Shown: positions 8,753 through 18,159 of the stretch, piece after piece
How positions within the stretch are numbered: position 1 is the first letter of the stretch
Layout of the letters: each line of letters begins with the position of its first letter
Assembly (NCBI GenBank): GCA_043810925.1
Contig: JBDRNT010000069.1
Span: 64,001 to 128,000, forward strand
From: Candidatus Eiseniibacteriota bacterium
GTDB lineage: Bacteria; Arandabacterota; Arandabacteria; Arandabacterales; Arandabacteraceae
Reading direction: 5' to 3'
DNA: 64,000 nt
Notes under the pieces: model-generated
Databases searched by the model: none
What the model was told of the DNA's origin: nothing
The model's input: the letters and a program-made list of their open reading frames with translations, nothing else
Made by a program: the position numbers and the translations under genes

Positions 8753-10867
8753 TCAGTCAATCAACTCCCAGGCAAAACCGATTTCGTACGACCGTCCCGG
8801 CAGGACAGGCTGTCCCCATCCCGCGTGGACCTCGTCATCGAAGACGTTGGTGATCTTCCCGAAGATTCTGGCACGATCGATGGATACGTGACCCAGTACG
8901 AAGCCCGAAACGGAACCCGGAAGGGACGAATCCTTCCGGCAGTCGCTTTCACCGCTGCATGCGGCGAAACGGTTACCTGCGCTCACGCTTGAAGTCCAGG
9001 TTCCCGCGAACGTGAGACCGGTTCCTATGTGCCTCGTGATCTCCTTACCCGTCCTCAGCCTCCACGCAAGCCTTCTCGATGGCTGGTACTCAAGGTCATC
9101 CCCGGACTCATCGATTGAGTGGCGGACAGTGCATGAAACCAGGCCTTCAAGCCATGGTGGAAGCGTAAAATCAACCGTAGCGTCCAGGCCTTTGATATCA
9201 GCCTCCCTGTCCGTGGATCTCAAGCGGGCGCATGCCTCATCCGTCCGCACCGCTATCATATCATTCACGTGTGTCCAGTAGAGGGCGAGTCGCGCTCCCC
9301 AAGAATCCCGCTCGATCCGCGTACCGAGCTCAAAGCCAATGGAATGCTCCGGGCCTGCTTCCCCCCGATCCAGGTTTGTGAGACCGGGAAACGCAAAACT
9401 CCGGCTGATTTCCGCAAAGACAGTCTGGCCTTCGCGAGCGAAGACCATGGCCGCCAGTGAGGGGGCTACTTCGACTTTGAAATCCGAGTTCTTGACGACC
9501 CCGAGACGTCCACTCAATTGCCACCGCTCCCACCTCATCTCTCTGTGGCCGAACGCCTGTACGTCATATGAGGATGTGTCACCAACCCTATCGCTATCCA
9601 GTTCGCGCGTTTTAGCTCCCAGGCCGTACGATGTAACCGTTGGGCCGTCCAGCCCTCTCACGAACGAAAGATCGATGCCGTTGAGGAGACCCTGGCTTGT
9701 CGGCGAGCCGTAGATGCCTTTGAAGGTAGAGCGCTCTGAGATATCAAGCCGGTAAAGGTTGATGTGATAGTTGGTTTCGAGGCCGCCCCTCACCGTAACT
9801 GCGATCAGCTCCCGCTTGGCCTTTTGCTTGCCCGGCCCCGTATCGGCAAGGTCGGGGCATGAATCGGGGAGCCCGATGTCACCCTCATACCGGAACCCGA
9901 TGACATCAAGGACCCTGTTACTCCCAAGACCGGTCGTGAACTTACCGAATATCTTCTCGCCTTCAGATGAGCTGTCATCGACCCAGCCCCCGCACCTTGC
10001 ATTCTCGTAGGCACCCAGAACCCCCAGGCCTCCCGCGAGCGATCTTCGTAGGGCCAGATTGATTGACCTGCTGCCGAAGCCCCCCCACCACATATCCACC
10101 TGACTTAACGGGACATCCGTTACGGCATTCGCTGGGACGATATTCACCACACCACTCACTGCACCCGAACCGTTTATCGATGACGCTCCGCCTTTAAGGA
10201 TCTCAATCCCGGACATACCGGCAAGCGGCAGCCAGTTAAGATCAAAGACTTCGAGCTGGCGATCGGACACGGGAATTCCATCAAGCAGGTACACGACCTC
10301 ATCGGGTCTGCCCGCTCTCAGACTCAACGACAGGGGTAGCCCATACGAGCCCCGCGTTGTCACACCCGCCCCTGAATCCAGGAAGAGTGCGTCTCCCGGT
10401 GATACCGATGAAAGCTCATGCATATCTTCCGTCCCGATCACCGTGATCCGTTCTGAGCCCACCATCCCGGACGCCGGGAATATGCCGGCCCGGTCTAATC
10501 TGACCTGTGGCTCCTTTGCCTCGACCGAATCAGGCCTGGCCCATGGTACGTCCCCGGCATCGAGCCCGAGCGAATCAGGCCCGGCCGACGTCATCTCCTC
10601 AGGTTCGATCCCAAGCGAGTCCGGCTCCGCCGGTAGCACGCCCTCGGCCTCGAGCCCGAGCGAATCAGATTCAAGGGGTACCTCTGAATCACCGGCGTTC
10701 AGAGAGTCACCACCCTCAGGCACCTGTGCATCGTCAACTCTTACAGATATGGAATCATCCGCAGTACTCACCAGCACAGGAACGTCTTCAACGCACTCGG
10801 CACCGCGCAAGCCCGCAAGCAGGCACAGACACACGGCAAGCACCGGTATGATGCGATTTGCCCTCAC
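8753..10867 (-). CDS. TonB-dependent outer-membrane receptor (BtuB-like plug) with acidic repeat extension
   Basis: Signal peptide; plug motifs VVYLLDGIPV and IEILKGGASSINGSGAVSGVVNI; C-terminal NVFD...PGRSYEIGFAWE. Confidence 0.8.
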   Translation of the reverse strand: MRANRIIPVLAVCLCLLAGLRGAECVEDVPVLVSTADDSISVRVDDAQVPEGGDSLNAGDSEVPLESDSLGLEAEGVLPAEPDSLGIEPEEMTSAGPDSLGLDAGDVPWARPDSVEAKEPQVRLDRAGIFPASGMVGSERITVIGTEDMHELSSVSPGDALFLDSGAGVTTRGSYGLPLSLSLRAGRPDEVVYLLDGIPVSDRQLEVFDLNWLPLAGMSGIEILKGGASSINGSGAVSGVVNIVPANAVTDVPLSQVDMWWGGFGSRSINLALRRSLAGGLGVLGAYENARCGGWVDDSSSEGEKIFGKFTTGLGSNRVLDVIGFRYEGDIGLPDSCPDLADTGPGKQKAKRELIAVTVRGGLETNYHINLYRLDISERSTFKGIYGSPTSQGLLNGIDLSFVRGLDGPTVTSYGLGAKTRELDSDRVGDTSSYDVQAFGHREMRWERWQLSGRLGVVKNSDFKVEVAPSLAAMVFAREGQTVFAEISRSFAFPGLTNLDRGEAGPEHSIGFELGTRIERDSWGARLALYWTHVNDMIAVRTDEACARLRSTDREADIKGLDATVDFTLPPWLEGLVSCTVRHSIDESGDDLEYQPSRRLAWRLRTGKEITRHIGTGLTFAGTWTSSVSAGNRFAACSGESDCRKDSSLPGSVSGFVLGHVSIDRARIFGKITNVFDDEVHAGWGQPVLPGRSYEIGFAWELID
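10519..10712 (-). repeat. About 5 degenerate 45-bp (15-aa) coding tandem repeats in the receptor N-terminus
   Basis: DSLNAGDSEVPLES/DSLGLEAEGVLPAEP/DSLGIEPEEMTSAGP/DSLGLDAGDVPWARP/DSV; CGAGCCCGAGCGAATCAG recurs at 10561 and 10651. Confidence 0.75.
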
Positions 10868-11388
10868 TTGTGTTCCTTCTCTGTTCTAAGGCGGTACTTC
10901 CGCACGATGAAAGTACTGACGCCTCCGAAAATCAAGGTGTTTGAAACGATGTGAAGCACCGAAAACGGAAGCCCCGCCGCAATTACAGGCAACGGATCTT
11001 TCCATCTTCCAATGGCGACGGCAAAACCATAGTCCGCCGCTATGCTGTATACGAAGGTGAGGACTGCCCCGAAGCCCATCGCCAGGAATTCCGCCTTACC
11101 GAAGGCGACAGCGAGGATCCGCCAGAGATGACCGGACGATCCGATCACGGCCATAAGAAGGACCTGCGCGCCGAGCACCGCAGGCACAGGGGGACCCAGT
11201 GGATTGAATACCGAAAACAGCAGCATTGAAAGCCCACCCACCACGGCTCCCGACCGCCCACCCAGCAGGTACCCGGAGACAAAACTCACCACGGAAATGG
11301 CTTCAACATTGGGGACTGCGGCAAGTATGTAGCCCAGGGCAAGTGCCAGGGCTATCAGAACCGCCATCTTGCTCAAATGACCGACCAA
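10864..11388 (-). CDS. ECF transporter substrate-specific (S) component
   Basis: About 174 aa with ~6 TM segments; AVLIALALAL, PNVE, HIVSN. Start revised to TTG 11388 after a GGAGGGG SD. Confidence 0.75.
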   Translation of the reverse strand: MVGHLSKMAVLIALALALGYILAAVPNVEAISVVSFVSGYLLGGRSGAVVGGLSMLLFSVFNPLGPPVPAVLGAQVLLMAVIGSSGHLWRILAVAFGKAEFLAMGFGAVLTFVYSIAADYGFAVAIGRWKDPLPVIAAGLPFSVLHIVSNTLIFGGVSTFIVRKYRLRTEKEHK

Positions 11389-11522
11389 ATTGCGCCCCTC
11401 CCCCCCTACTCCTACCACAATAATTCCGGTGACACCATACCTAATTGTAGCGTCATCGCTCCCGCGGCGACGGCCTTTCGGTTTTTCGTACCGTCGGGGT
11501 TCCAGCCCCGACGTCATCATTA

Positions 11523-11551
11523 TTGCGCACCACCCCCGTCCATGATACAAT
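11523..11551 (+). promoter_or_regulatory. Sigma70-type promoter inside the inverted-repeat segment
   Basis: TTGCGC-17-TACAAT with extended -10 (TGn). Confidence 0.55.
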
Positions 11552-11568
11552 CCTCTTAGGGGTAGTTG

Positions 11569-11673
11569 ATGATGGGCTTCAAACTGAGCTGCAAGCACCT
11601 GGCTTTCCTACTCGTGGGGATCTGTGCGGCCTGCTTGCCCCCCGGAAACCTCAGAGAAACCGTCAGGCAATAA
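11569..11673 (+). CDS. 34-aa small ORF resembling a signal peptide (or a gene remnant)
   Basis: AGGGG SD-like sequence, then MMGFKLSCKHLAFLLVGICAACLPPGNLRETVRQ*; the stop overlaps the right repeat arm. Confidence 0.35.
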   Translation: MMGFKLSCKHLAFLLVGICAACLPPGNLRETVRQ

Positions 11674-11697
11674 TCAAGTATGGTGTCACCGAAATTA

Positions 11698-12528
11698 TTA
11701 GTAGTTTTTGGCGCGTTTGAGTTGTTCGATCGTTGAGAAGGGAACCGTGCAGGAGCCGAGATGGAGTTGACCGTCCCTGCGCCCGTGGCTGTCGGAGCCG
11801 CCGGTGGCCACAAGACCCATCTTATCCGCCAAACGGCTATAGCGCTGAATCTCGTTCTCCCGGTGCTTGGGGTGGTAGACTTCGATCGCACGCATACCGC
11901 TGGCCATGAAGTCGGCGATCAGGTCGTCCCGCCTGGACGTCCCCGGGTGGGCAACTGCGCCTATGCCGCCGGCCTTCGCAATCAGGTTGAATGCATCCGA
12001 GGGTTTGAGCAGGTACTTATGTACATAGGCTGGTGAGTGAAACCCGATGTAATTCTTGAATGCCTCTTCAAGCGTTTCAACGCATCCGTTCTTAAGGAGC
12101 GCAGCGGCAATGTGCGGTCTCCCGACCGCCCCCTCGCCCGCGATCTCAAGCACCGAATCCACCTTGATATCCACCCCCATGCTCCTCAGACGCTCGACCA
12201 TTTCAATCCCACGATTGCGTCTTGCATCCCTGAAAAGTTGCAGGTACTTGAGTAGATTCTCGTCCTTCATATCAACCATATAGCCAAGGATATGAAGGTC
12301 GGACTTCCCTTCGACGGTGCTGAGCTCCACACCGGGAACCACTTCGAAGCCGCTGGAGCCCGCCGCCTCCATTGCCACCTCGACGCCGCCGATCTCGTCA
12401 TGGTCGGTGATGGCAATGCCTGCCAGACCCATCTTCCGGGCTTCCAGTACCATGTCCTCGGGTGTCATGTCACCGTCGGAGTAGATGGTGTGAACGTGTA
12501 GATCGACGCGGCCCTCTGTATCACTCAT
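11698..12528 (-). CDS. PHP-domain phosphoesterase (TrpH/YciV-like)
   Basis: DLHVHTIYSDG, ITDHD, PGVELS, GRPHIA, AHPG, GGSDSHG. Confidence 0.9.
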   Translation of the reverse strand: MSDTEGRVDLHVHTIYSDGDMTPEDMVLEARKMGLAGIAITDHDEIGGVEVAMEAAGSSGFEVVPGVELSTVEGKSDLHILGYMVDMKDENLLKYLQLFRDARRNRGIEMVERLRSMGVDIKVDSVLEIAGEGAVGRPHIAAALLKNGCVETLEEAFKNYIGFHSPAYVHKYLLKPSDAFNLIAKAGGIGAVAHPGTSRRDDLIADFMASGMRAIEVYHPKHRENEIQRYSRLADKMGLVATGGSDSHGRRDGQLHLGSCTVPFSTIEQLKRAKNY

Positions 12529-13643
12529 TGGTTCTTACCCAGCTCCTCGAGACGCACTTTAACGTCCCTGTAATCGGGGTCATTGTCGTATACCTGCCTG
12601 TAGCACTGGCGGGCCTCATCCAACTGATCGACCTTCTCATATGCCATTCCCAGAATGTAGCGCAGACCGAGACAGTCCGCTTCCGAGCTTGCCTCGGTTT
12701 CCAGGCCGGCCCTGAGCTCCTCTATGGCCAGATCGATGTCGCCCTTCTCCACAAAACACCTGCCGGCCAGCTCGATACTCCTCAGGGCAAGATCGGGATG
12801 CTTCCTTGATACACCGAACTCCGTAAGCGCTTCATCATACAATCCGAGGTCGAGATACGATATCCCCAGGTCATAGTGAGACTGGTAGTCCTCCTCGCCG
12901 ATCGCTTTGGCCACCTCTTCCCGGAAACTCCGGAGCACTTCCTCTATCTTAAGAGGAACATGATGCGCCAGTCCTATTCTCCTGTGAACGATCTCCACGC
13001 GGTCTGTTCCCTCGCCCTCAACCCTGACGTCTCTGGAGGCGGTGTCGACCACCCCTCCCATCTGCTCCACCCTCTCCTTCATCCGGGAGGCCAGTTCCGC
13101 GTCACCGGTCCGCCTGTATATCTCCTCTGCAGCAATGAGCTCGCTACGCGCCTCATCCGGCAGGCCGATATGGATGTAGACCTCCGCGAGTTGCTCCCTG
13201 ACCTTGACCTTGTCAGGGGCGAACTCTATCACCTTCTTAAGGGAGTCGACGGCCCTCTGAAGATCGCCCTTGTCTATCAGTTTCCCTGCGTACTCCAGGA
13301 TATAGCCGACTGCTTCACCCCCGAAGCCCTGTTGGAAATACAGATCGCCCAGCAGGCGAAACGCATCAATGAAGTCCGGGTTGAGCCTGAGCATCTTGCG
13401 GCAAACAGCGATCGCGTTGCTGTAAAGATCTTCCTTCCCATACTTCCGGACAGCCTCTTCGTACTGGCGAAACGCGGACTGTTCGTCGCCCTTCTTGAAG
13501 TGAACATCACCCATCAGGTTGTAGATGTTGGGGTCGACATCGTCCTCCTTGAGCAGCTTACGATACTCCTGAAGGGCATTGTCGAGATCTCCGGCCTGAG
13601 CGTACTCGTGCGCTCTCTTTCTTATCCTGAGGACCTCCGACAA
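12525..13643 (-). CDS. Tetratricopeptide repeat protein
   Basis: N- and C-terminal TPR arrays; SHYDLGISYLDLGLYDEAL. Confidence 0.85.
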   Translation of the reverse strand: MSEVLRIRKRAHEYAQAGDLDNALQEYRKLLKEDDVDPNIYNLMGDVHFKKGDEQSAFRQYEEAVRKYGKEDLYSNAIAVCRKMLRLNPDFIDAFRLLGDLYFQQGFGGEAVGYILEYAGKLIDKGDLQRAVDSLKKVIEFAPDKVKVREQLAEVYIHIGLPDEARSELIAAEEIYRRTGDAELASRMKERVEQMGGVVDTASRDVRVEGEGTDRVEIVHRRIGLAHHVPLKIEEVLRSFREEVAKAIGEEDYQSHYDLGISYLDLGLYDEALTEFGVSRKHPDLALRSIELAGRCFVEKGDIDLAIEELRAGLETEASSEADCLGLRYILGMAYEKVDQLDEARQCYRQVYDNDPDYRDVKVRLEELGKNQ

Positions 13644-13806
13644 GGCTGCCTCCTGTGCTGCGCTGATGCTGTCATTTTATCCCGGGCGAACCATGCATCG
13701 CGGCCGCCGTGAGATGTTCCTCGACGGGCCCCGGGCATCGTGCCCCGGACAGGAATAAACGGCTATTCCTAGATGTCCCGATCCTACTAAATCGGCCGTT
13801 CCAGGC

Positions 13807-15075
13807 CTAATCTTGAGTTCTGTCGAATACCACATTCCCATTCTTGATCACCATCCGGACGACTTCACCGCCCAGGTGATAGGGTACGTATCTGAAGTCG
13901 GGTACTTCGAGCAAGATAAGATCCGCCTGCTTCTCCGGCGCAATGCTCCCGACCCGGTCCTGTCTCCCAACAGCCTTTGCCCCACCTACCGTCATGGCGA
14001 GAATCACCTCCGCAGGTGTCATCTTCATGAACGAGCAGGCCAGACTTGACACTATCAACAGTGAATGAACCATCGAGCTTCCCGGATTGAAATCCGTCGC
14101 AACCGCCACGTCGAGCCCCATGTCAATCATACCGCGCGCATCGGCAAACTCGGGTCTCCCGAGCCCTACGCTTACTCCCGGCATGAGAACCGCTACCGTC
14201 CCGGCATCTTTCATCGCCTTGAGTCCCTCACGCGAAGCATGGCCGAGATGCCCGGCGCTTATCGCTCCTACCTCTCCGGCCACGGCCGCACCACCGGATT
14301 CGACAAACTCATCCGCGTGGATCTTGGGTCTTAAACCGCAGTCCTTTCCGCGAAGCAGAATCCGTCGCGACTCATCGGCCGTGAAGACCCCTTGCTCGCA
14401 GAAGACATCACAGAACTCGGCGAGCCCCTCCTCACCTACGGCCGGTATCATCTCATCGATCACGATATCGACATACCTGTCCCTGTTCGCTCTCAGCTCG
14501 GGCGGAATCTCATGTGCGCCCATGAATGTCGCAACAACATCGACACACGTTTCATCTCCGACGCGTCTTATCGCCCGAAGCATCTTAAGCTCGGCTTCGA
14601 CGCTGAGACCGTAGCCGCTCTTGATTTCAACCGTCGTGGTTCCCTGCCTGAGCATCGATCGCACCCTGCTCGACCCGCTCGCGACAAGTTCGTCGATAGA
14701 GGCGTTTCGGACCGCGGCGACCGTTGCGTTGATTCCTCCGCCGCGAGCGGCGATCTCCATGTAACCGGCCCCCTTGACCCTCATCTCATACTCACGTTCC
14801 CTGGTGCCCGCAAAGACAGTGTGAGTATGAGCATCTACAAGCCCGGGGATGACCGCAAGCCCGCCGGCATCTATCACCTTGGAGGCCCGGTGACCACCCG
14901 CCTCGAACTCCTTACGCCCCCCCACCCAGGCGATCATGCCATCGGAAACGAGGAGGCACGCGTCATCGACAAGGCCGATGAGCCGGGCTTCATCGTCAAT
15001 GGAATCAAAGAGATCCGGCTCACAGGTCACAAGTTGGTTGATGTTTTTTATAGCTAGGTCGGCTTTTTGAGGCAA
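13807..15075 (-). CDS. hutI: Imidazolonepropionase
   Basis: PGLVDAHTH, EIKSGYGL, FCDVFCE, IHADE, ATDFNPGS. Start revised to TTG 15075. Confidence 0.93.
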   Translation of the reverse strand: MPQKADLAIKNINQLVTCEPDLFDSIDDEARLIGLVDDACLLVSDGMIAWVGGRKEFEAGGHRASKVIDAGGLAVIPGLVDAHTHTVFAGTREREYEMRVKGAGYMEIAARGGGINATVAAVRNASIDELVASGSSRVRSMLRQGTTTVEIKSGYGLSVEAELKMLRAIRRVGDETCVDVVATFMGAHEIPPELRANRDRYVDIVIDEMIPAVGEEGLAEFCDVFCEQGVFTADESRRILLRGKDCGLRPKIHADEFVESGGAAVAGEVGAISAGHLGHASREGLKAMKDAGTVAVLMPGVSVGLGRPEFADARGMIDMGLDVAVATDFNPGSSMVHSLLIVSSLACSFMKMTPAEVILAMTVGGAKAVGRQDRVGSIAPEKQADLILLEVPDFRYVPYHLGGEVVRMVIKNGNVVFDRTQD

Positions 15076-15079
15076 TTCC

Positions 15080-16735
15080 TTACTCCGCGGGCAGCATCGG
15101 GATCTTGATGCCGCCGTCACGTGCGACCCGTTTCGCCAGGTCGTATCCGGCATCGGCGTGCCTCGCGACCCCGAGACCGGGATCAGCGGTCAGCACCCGT
15201 TCGAGCCGGCTGTCCGCATCATCGGTGCCGTCGGCGACCACCACCATCCCGGCGTGAATCGAGTTGCCGATCCCGACGCCTCCGCCATGATGTACCGAGA
15301 CCCAGGTCGCACCGCAAACAGCATTTAGTAAAGCATTTAGTATGGGCCAGTCGGCGATTGCGTCGCTTCCGTCTTTCATTGCTTCGGTCTCGCGGTAGGG
15401 AGAGGCAACCGACCCGCTGTCAAGATGGTCTCTTCCGATCACGATCGGGGCCCTGAGTTCGCCGCTTCTGACCATCCGGTTGATCCGCCGGCCGAACCGG
15501 GCCCGCTCACCGTAGGCAAGCCAGCAGATCCTTGAAGGCAAACCCTGGAACTTGACCTTTTCTCTTGCGAGCTTTATCCACCTGGCCAGTGACTCATCCT
15601 CGGGGAACTCCTCGAGGACGGCCTCATCCGTTTTGTAGATATCGTCGGGCTCACCCGAGAGCGCAGCCCACCGGAAAGGTCCTTTGCCTTCGCAGAACAT
15701 CGGTCTTATGTATGCCGGGACGAAACCCGGGAAATCGAACGCGTCCTCGACTCCCGCCGTCCGGGCCTGGCCGCGTATGTTGTTACCGTAGTCGAAAACG
15801 ATCGATCCCTTCTCCTTGAAACCGAGCATTGCCCTCACGTGTACCGCAATCGATTGCATTGCTCTGCGGACATACTCCCCGGGATCACTCTTCCTCAGGT
15901 CAAGTGCTTCGGCCAGCGTAATTCCGTGTGGCACGTATCCACCAAGCGCATCGTGCGCTGATGTCTGATCGGTCACGACATCGGGTAGCACACCTCGCTT
16001 CAAGAGTTCGGGGTGGGTATCGGCCGCATTGCCGACGAGCCCGATCGACCTGGCCAATCCCTTCTCACATGCCTCACGTGCCGCATTCACCGCCTCGTCA
16101 ACGCTCTCCGTGACCATGTCACAGTAACCTGTGGCGAGCCGGCGTTCGATACGCTTCCGGTCGACCTCGACATCGAGGCACACGCCTTCGTTCATTGTGA
16201 TCGCAAGCGGCTGGGCGCCACCCATCCCGCCCATCCCGGCCGTCAGGACGAGCCTGCCCTTAAGCGATCCTCCGAAGTGCTGCCTCGCAAGCTCCGCCAG
16301 GGTTTCGTACGTGCCCTGCAGTATGCCCTGGGTGCCTATGTATATCCAGCTGCCCGCGGTCATCTGACCGTACATAATGAGACCCTTGGCCTCCAGCTCC
16401 CAGAAGTGCTCCCAGGTGGCCCACGCGGGGACAAGGAGTGAGTTGGCTATCAGAACACGCGGGGCCTGATCGGTGGTCTTAAAGACCGCCACGGGTTTGC
16501 CGGACTGGACGAGCAAGGTCTCGTCGCTTTCAAGGTCCTTAAGAGCCTGGACTATGGCCTCGTAGCATTCCCAGTTTCGGGCCGCCTTGCCGGAGCCGCC
16601 GTATACTATGAGCTGATCCGGGTCTTCGGCAACCTCACCGTCGAGGTTGTTCATCAGCATTCTCATGGCTGCTTCTTGAGGCCAGCCCTTGCAGCTTAAG
16701 TCAGTGCCTCTGGGAGCCCGTATGTGTCTCGTCAT
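15080..16735 (-). CDS. hutU: Urocanate hydratase
   Basis: [52 protein letters not shown]. Start revised to ATG 16735 (551 aa). Confidence 0.97.
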   Translation of the reverse strand: MTRHIRAPRGTDLSCKGWPQEAAMRMLMNNLDGEVAEDPDQLIVYGGSGKAARNWECYEAIVQALKDLESDETLLVQSGKPVAVFKTTDQAPRVLIANSLLVPAWATWEHFWELEAKGLIMYGQMTAGSWIYIGTQGILQGTYETLAELARQHFGGSLKGRLVLTAGMGGMGGAQPLAITMNEGVCLDVEVDRKRIERRLATGYCDMVTESVDEAVNAAREACEKGLARSIGLVGNAADTHPELLKRGVLPDVVTDQTSAHDALGGYVPHGITLAEALDLRKSDPGEYVRRAMQSIAVHVRAMLGFKEKGSIVFDYGNNIRGQARTAGVEDAFDFPGFVPAYIRPMFCEGKGPFRWAALSGEPDDIYKTDEAVLEEFPEDESLARWIKLAREKVKFQGLPSRICWLAYGERARFGRRINRMVRSGELRAPIVIGRDHLDSGSVASPYRETEAMKDGSDAIADWPILNALLNAVCGATWVSVHHGGGVGIGNSIHAGMVVVADGTDDADSRLERVLTADPGLGVARHADAGYDLAKRVARDGGIKIPMLPAE

Positions 16736-16743
16736 TGGGAAAC

Positions 16744-18033
16744 CTATTGCTTCGGCCCGAGTACGCCTTTCACTTTCTTCATTGCGCAGTACTCCCCGCA
16801 CATCGTGCAGAGCGTGGCATCCTGAGGGTGAGAACTCCCTCTCAGCTCGCGGGCGCGTTCGGGGTCTATCGCCAGATCGAGCATCCGTTTCCAGTCCAGG
16901 GCCTTGCGCGCCTCGGACATGGAGCGATCCCACTCGGCGGCTCCCGGTATGCGTTTCACGATATCCGCGGCATGAGCCGCGATCCGGGATGCCATGACTC
17001 CCTCCCGCACGTCATTCGTATCGGGAAGTCTGAGGTGCTCCGACGGAGTCACGTAACACAGGAAGTCGGCCCCCGCGGCCGCCGCCACCGCTCCGCCGAT
17101 GGCTCCAGCGATGTGGTCGTAGCCGGCACTCACATCGGTAACAAGCGGGCCGAGTACATAAAACGGCGCCTCTCCGCACATCTTCTTCTCCAGAAGCACA
17201 TTTGCCTCGATCTCGTTTAGCGGGACGTGCCCCGGACCCTCCACCATCACCTGGACACCGGCCGTCTGCGCGCGTTTAACAAGTTCACCGAGAACCACCA
17301 GCTCGCTCACCTGCAAAAGGTCGGTCGCATCCGCCAGTGAGCCGGGTCGTAAGCCGTCACCCAAACTCAGTGTGGCATCGTAGGTCCTCGCCATCTCGAG
17401 AAGATCGTCGTACCGGGAATACAGAGGGTTTTCCTTATTATTGTAGTACATCCACTCGAGCATAAAGGAGCCGCCCCGGCTCACGACATCGGTCAGCCGC
17501 CCACATTGCTTGAGCCTGTCTATGGCCGATCGCGTCACACCGCAATGGACCGTGACGAAGTCGATCCCCCACTTGAGGTGTCGCTCGATGCTCCCGAAGA
17601 TCTCATCTTCGGTCATCTCCACCATGGCCCGCTTGGACCGGACGGCGGTGATTGCCGCGCCATAGATGGGTACGCTGCCCACGGGTATGGTAGATGCTTC
17701 GAGTACGCCGTCTCGAATCGCGTCGATATCCCCACCGGTGCTCAGGTCCATCACCGTATCGGCGCCGGCATCGATGGCCGCCCTGAGCTTCTCAAGTTCG
17801 GTCCCGAGGCTTATCTCGTCTGAGGAGCTGCCGATGTTGGCATTGACCTTGGTCGCTAGTCCAGCACCTATGCCGAGGGCGTATTTTCCCCGGCGAAGTC
17901 TGTTCACAGGTATGACGATGGTGCCGTTCCTTAAGCCCTCTGAGATGAAGGCTACAGGGCGCTTCTCACGCTCGGCAACCACCCGCATTTCATCGGTGAT
18001 CTTACCTTGTCTTGCCGCTTCAACCTGCGTCAT
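16744..18033 (-). CDS. thiC: ThiC-family radical SAM enzyme (phosphomethylpyrimidine synthase, short form)
   Basis: [53 protein letters not shown]. Confidence 0.85.
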   Translation of the reverse strand: MTQVEAARQGKITDEMRVVAEREKRPVAFISEGLRNGTIVIPVNRLRRGKYALGIGAGLATKVNANIGSSSDEISLGTELEKLRAAIDAGADTVMDLSTGGDIDAIRDGVLEASTIPVGSVPIYGAAITAVRSKRAMVEMTEDEIFGSIERHLKWGIDFVTVHCGVTRSAIDRLKQCGRLTDVVSRGGSFMLEWMYYNNKENPLYSRYDDLLEMARTYDATLSLGDGLRPGSLADATDLLQVSELVVLGELVKRAQTAGVQVMVEGPGHVPLNEIEANVLLEKKMCGEAPFYVLGPLVTDVSAGYDHIAGAIGGAVAAAAGADFLCYVTPSEHLRLPDTNDVREGVMASRIAAHAADIVKRIPGAAEWDRSMSEARKALDWKRMLDLAIDPERARELRGSSHPQDATLCTMCGEYCAMKKVKGVLGPKQ

Positions 18034-18086
18034 GTCAGACTCCCATGAGGTGGGTGGGTGAATTCCCTTGGGGCCCTCCGTGGTTG

Positions 18087-18115
18087 AATATAGGACAGAA
18101 ATGAAATCAAGTCAA
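18087..18115 (-). promoter_or_regulatory. Sigma70-type promoter of thiC-hutU-hutI
   Basis: TTGACT-17-TATATT about 55 bp upstream of thiC. Confidence 0.6.
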
Positions 18116-18159
18116 CTGTAAGCCCGGATTATTCACGAACCTCCTGGCGAGGTGTCGCT

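Larger units (their letters stand above)
11419..11699. repeat. 281-bp segment bounded by 28-bp imperfect inverted repeats (11419-11446 and 11672-11699)
   Basis: Left arm AATAATTCCGGTGACACCATACCTAATT and right arm AATCAAGTATGGTGTCACCGAAATTATT are 25/28 reverse-complementary. Confidence 0.85.

Noticed and set aside
11389..11598. N-terminal extension of the ECF-S ORF in the ORF track
   Set aside because: It crosses the inverted-repeat arm and hairpins; a good SD precedes TTG 11388.
11389..11698. Cobalamin riboswitch upstream of the ECF-S/TonB receptor genes
   Set aside because: No B12-box or GGGAA...GCCACTG-type core could be found on the minus strand.
13644..13806. ncRNA in the hutI-TPR intergenic region
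   Set aside because: Only two short hairpins with no recognisable family motif or repeat.
18034..18159. TPP riboswitch upstream of thiC
   Set aside because: No CTGAGA or related TPP core, and the leader after the promoter is only about 50 nt.
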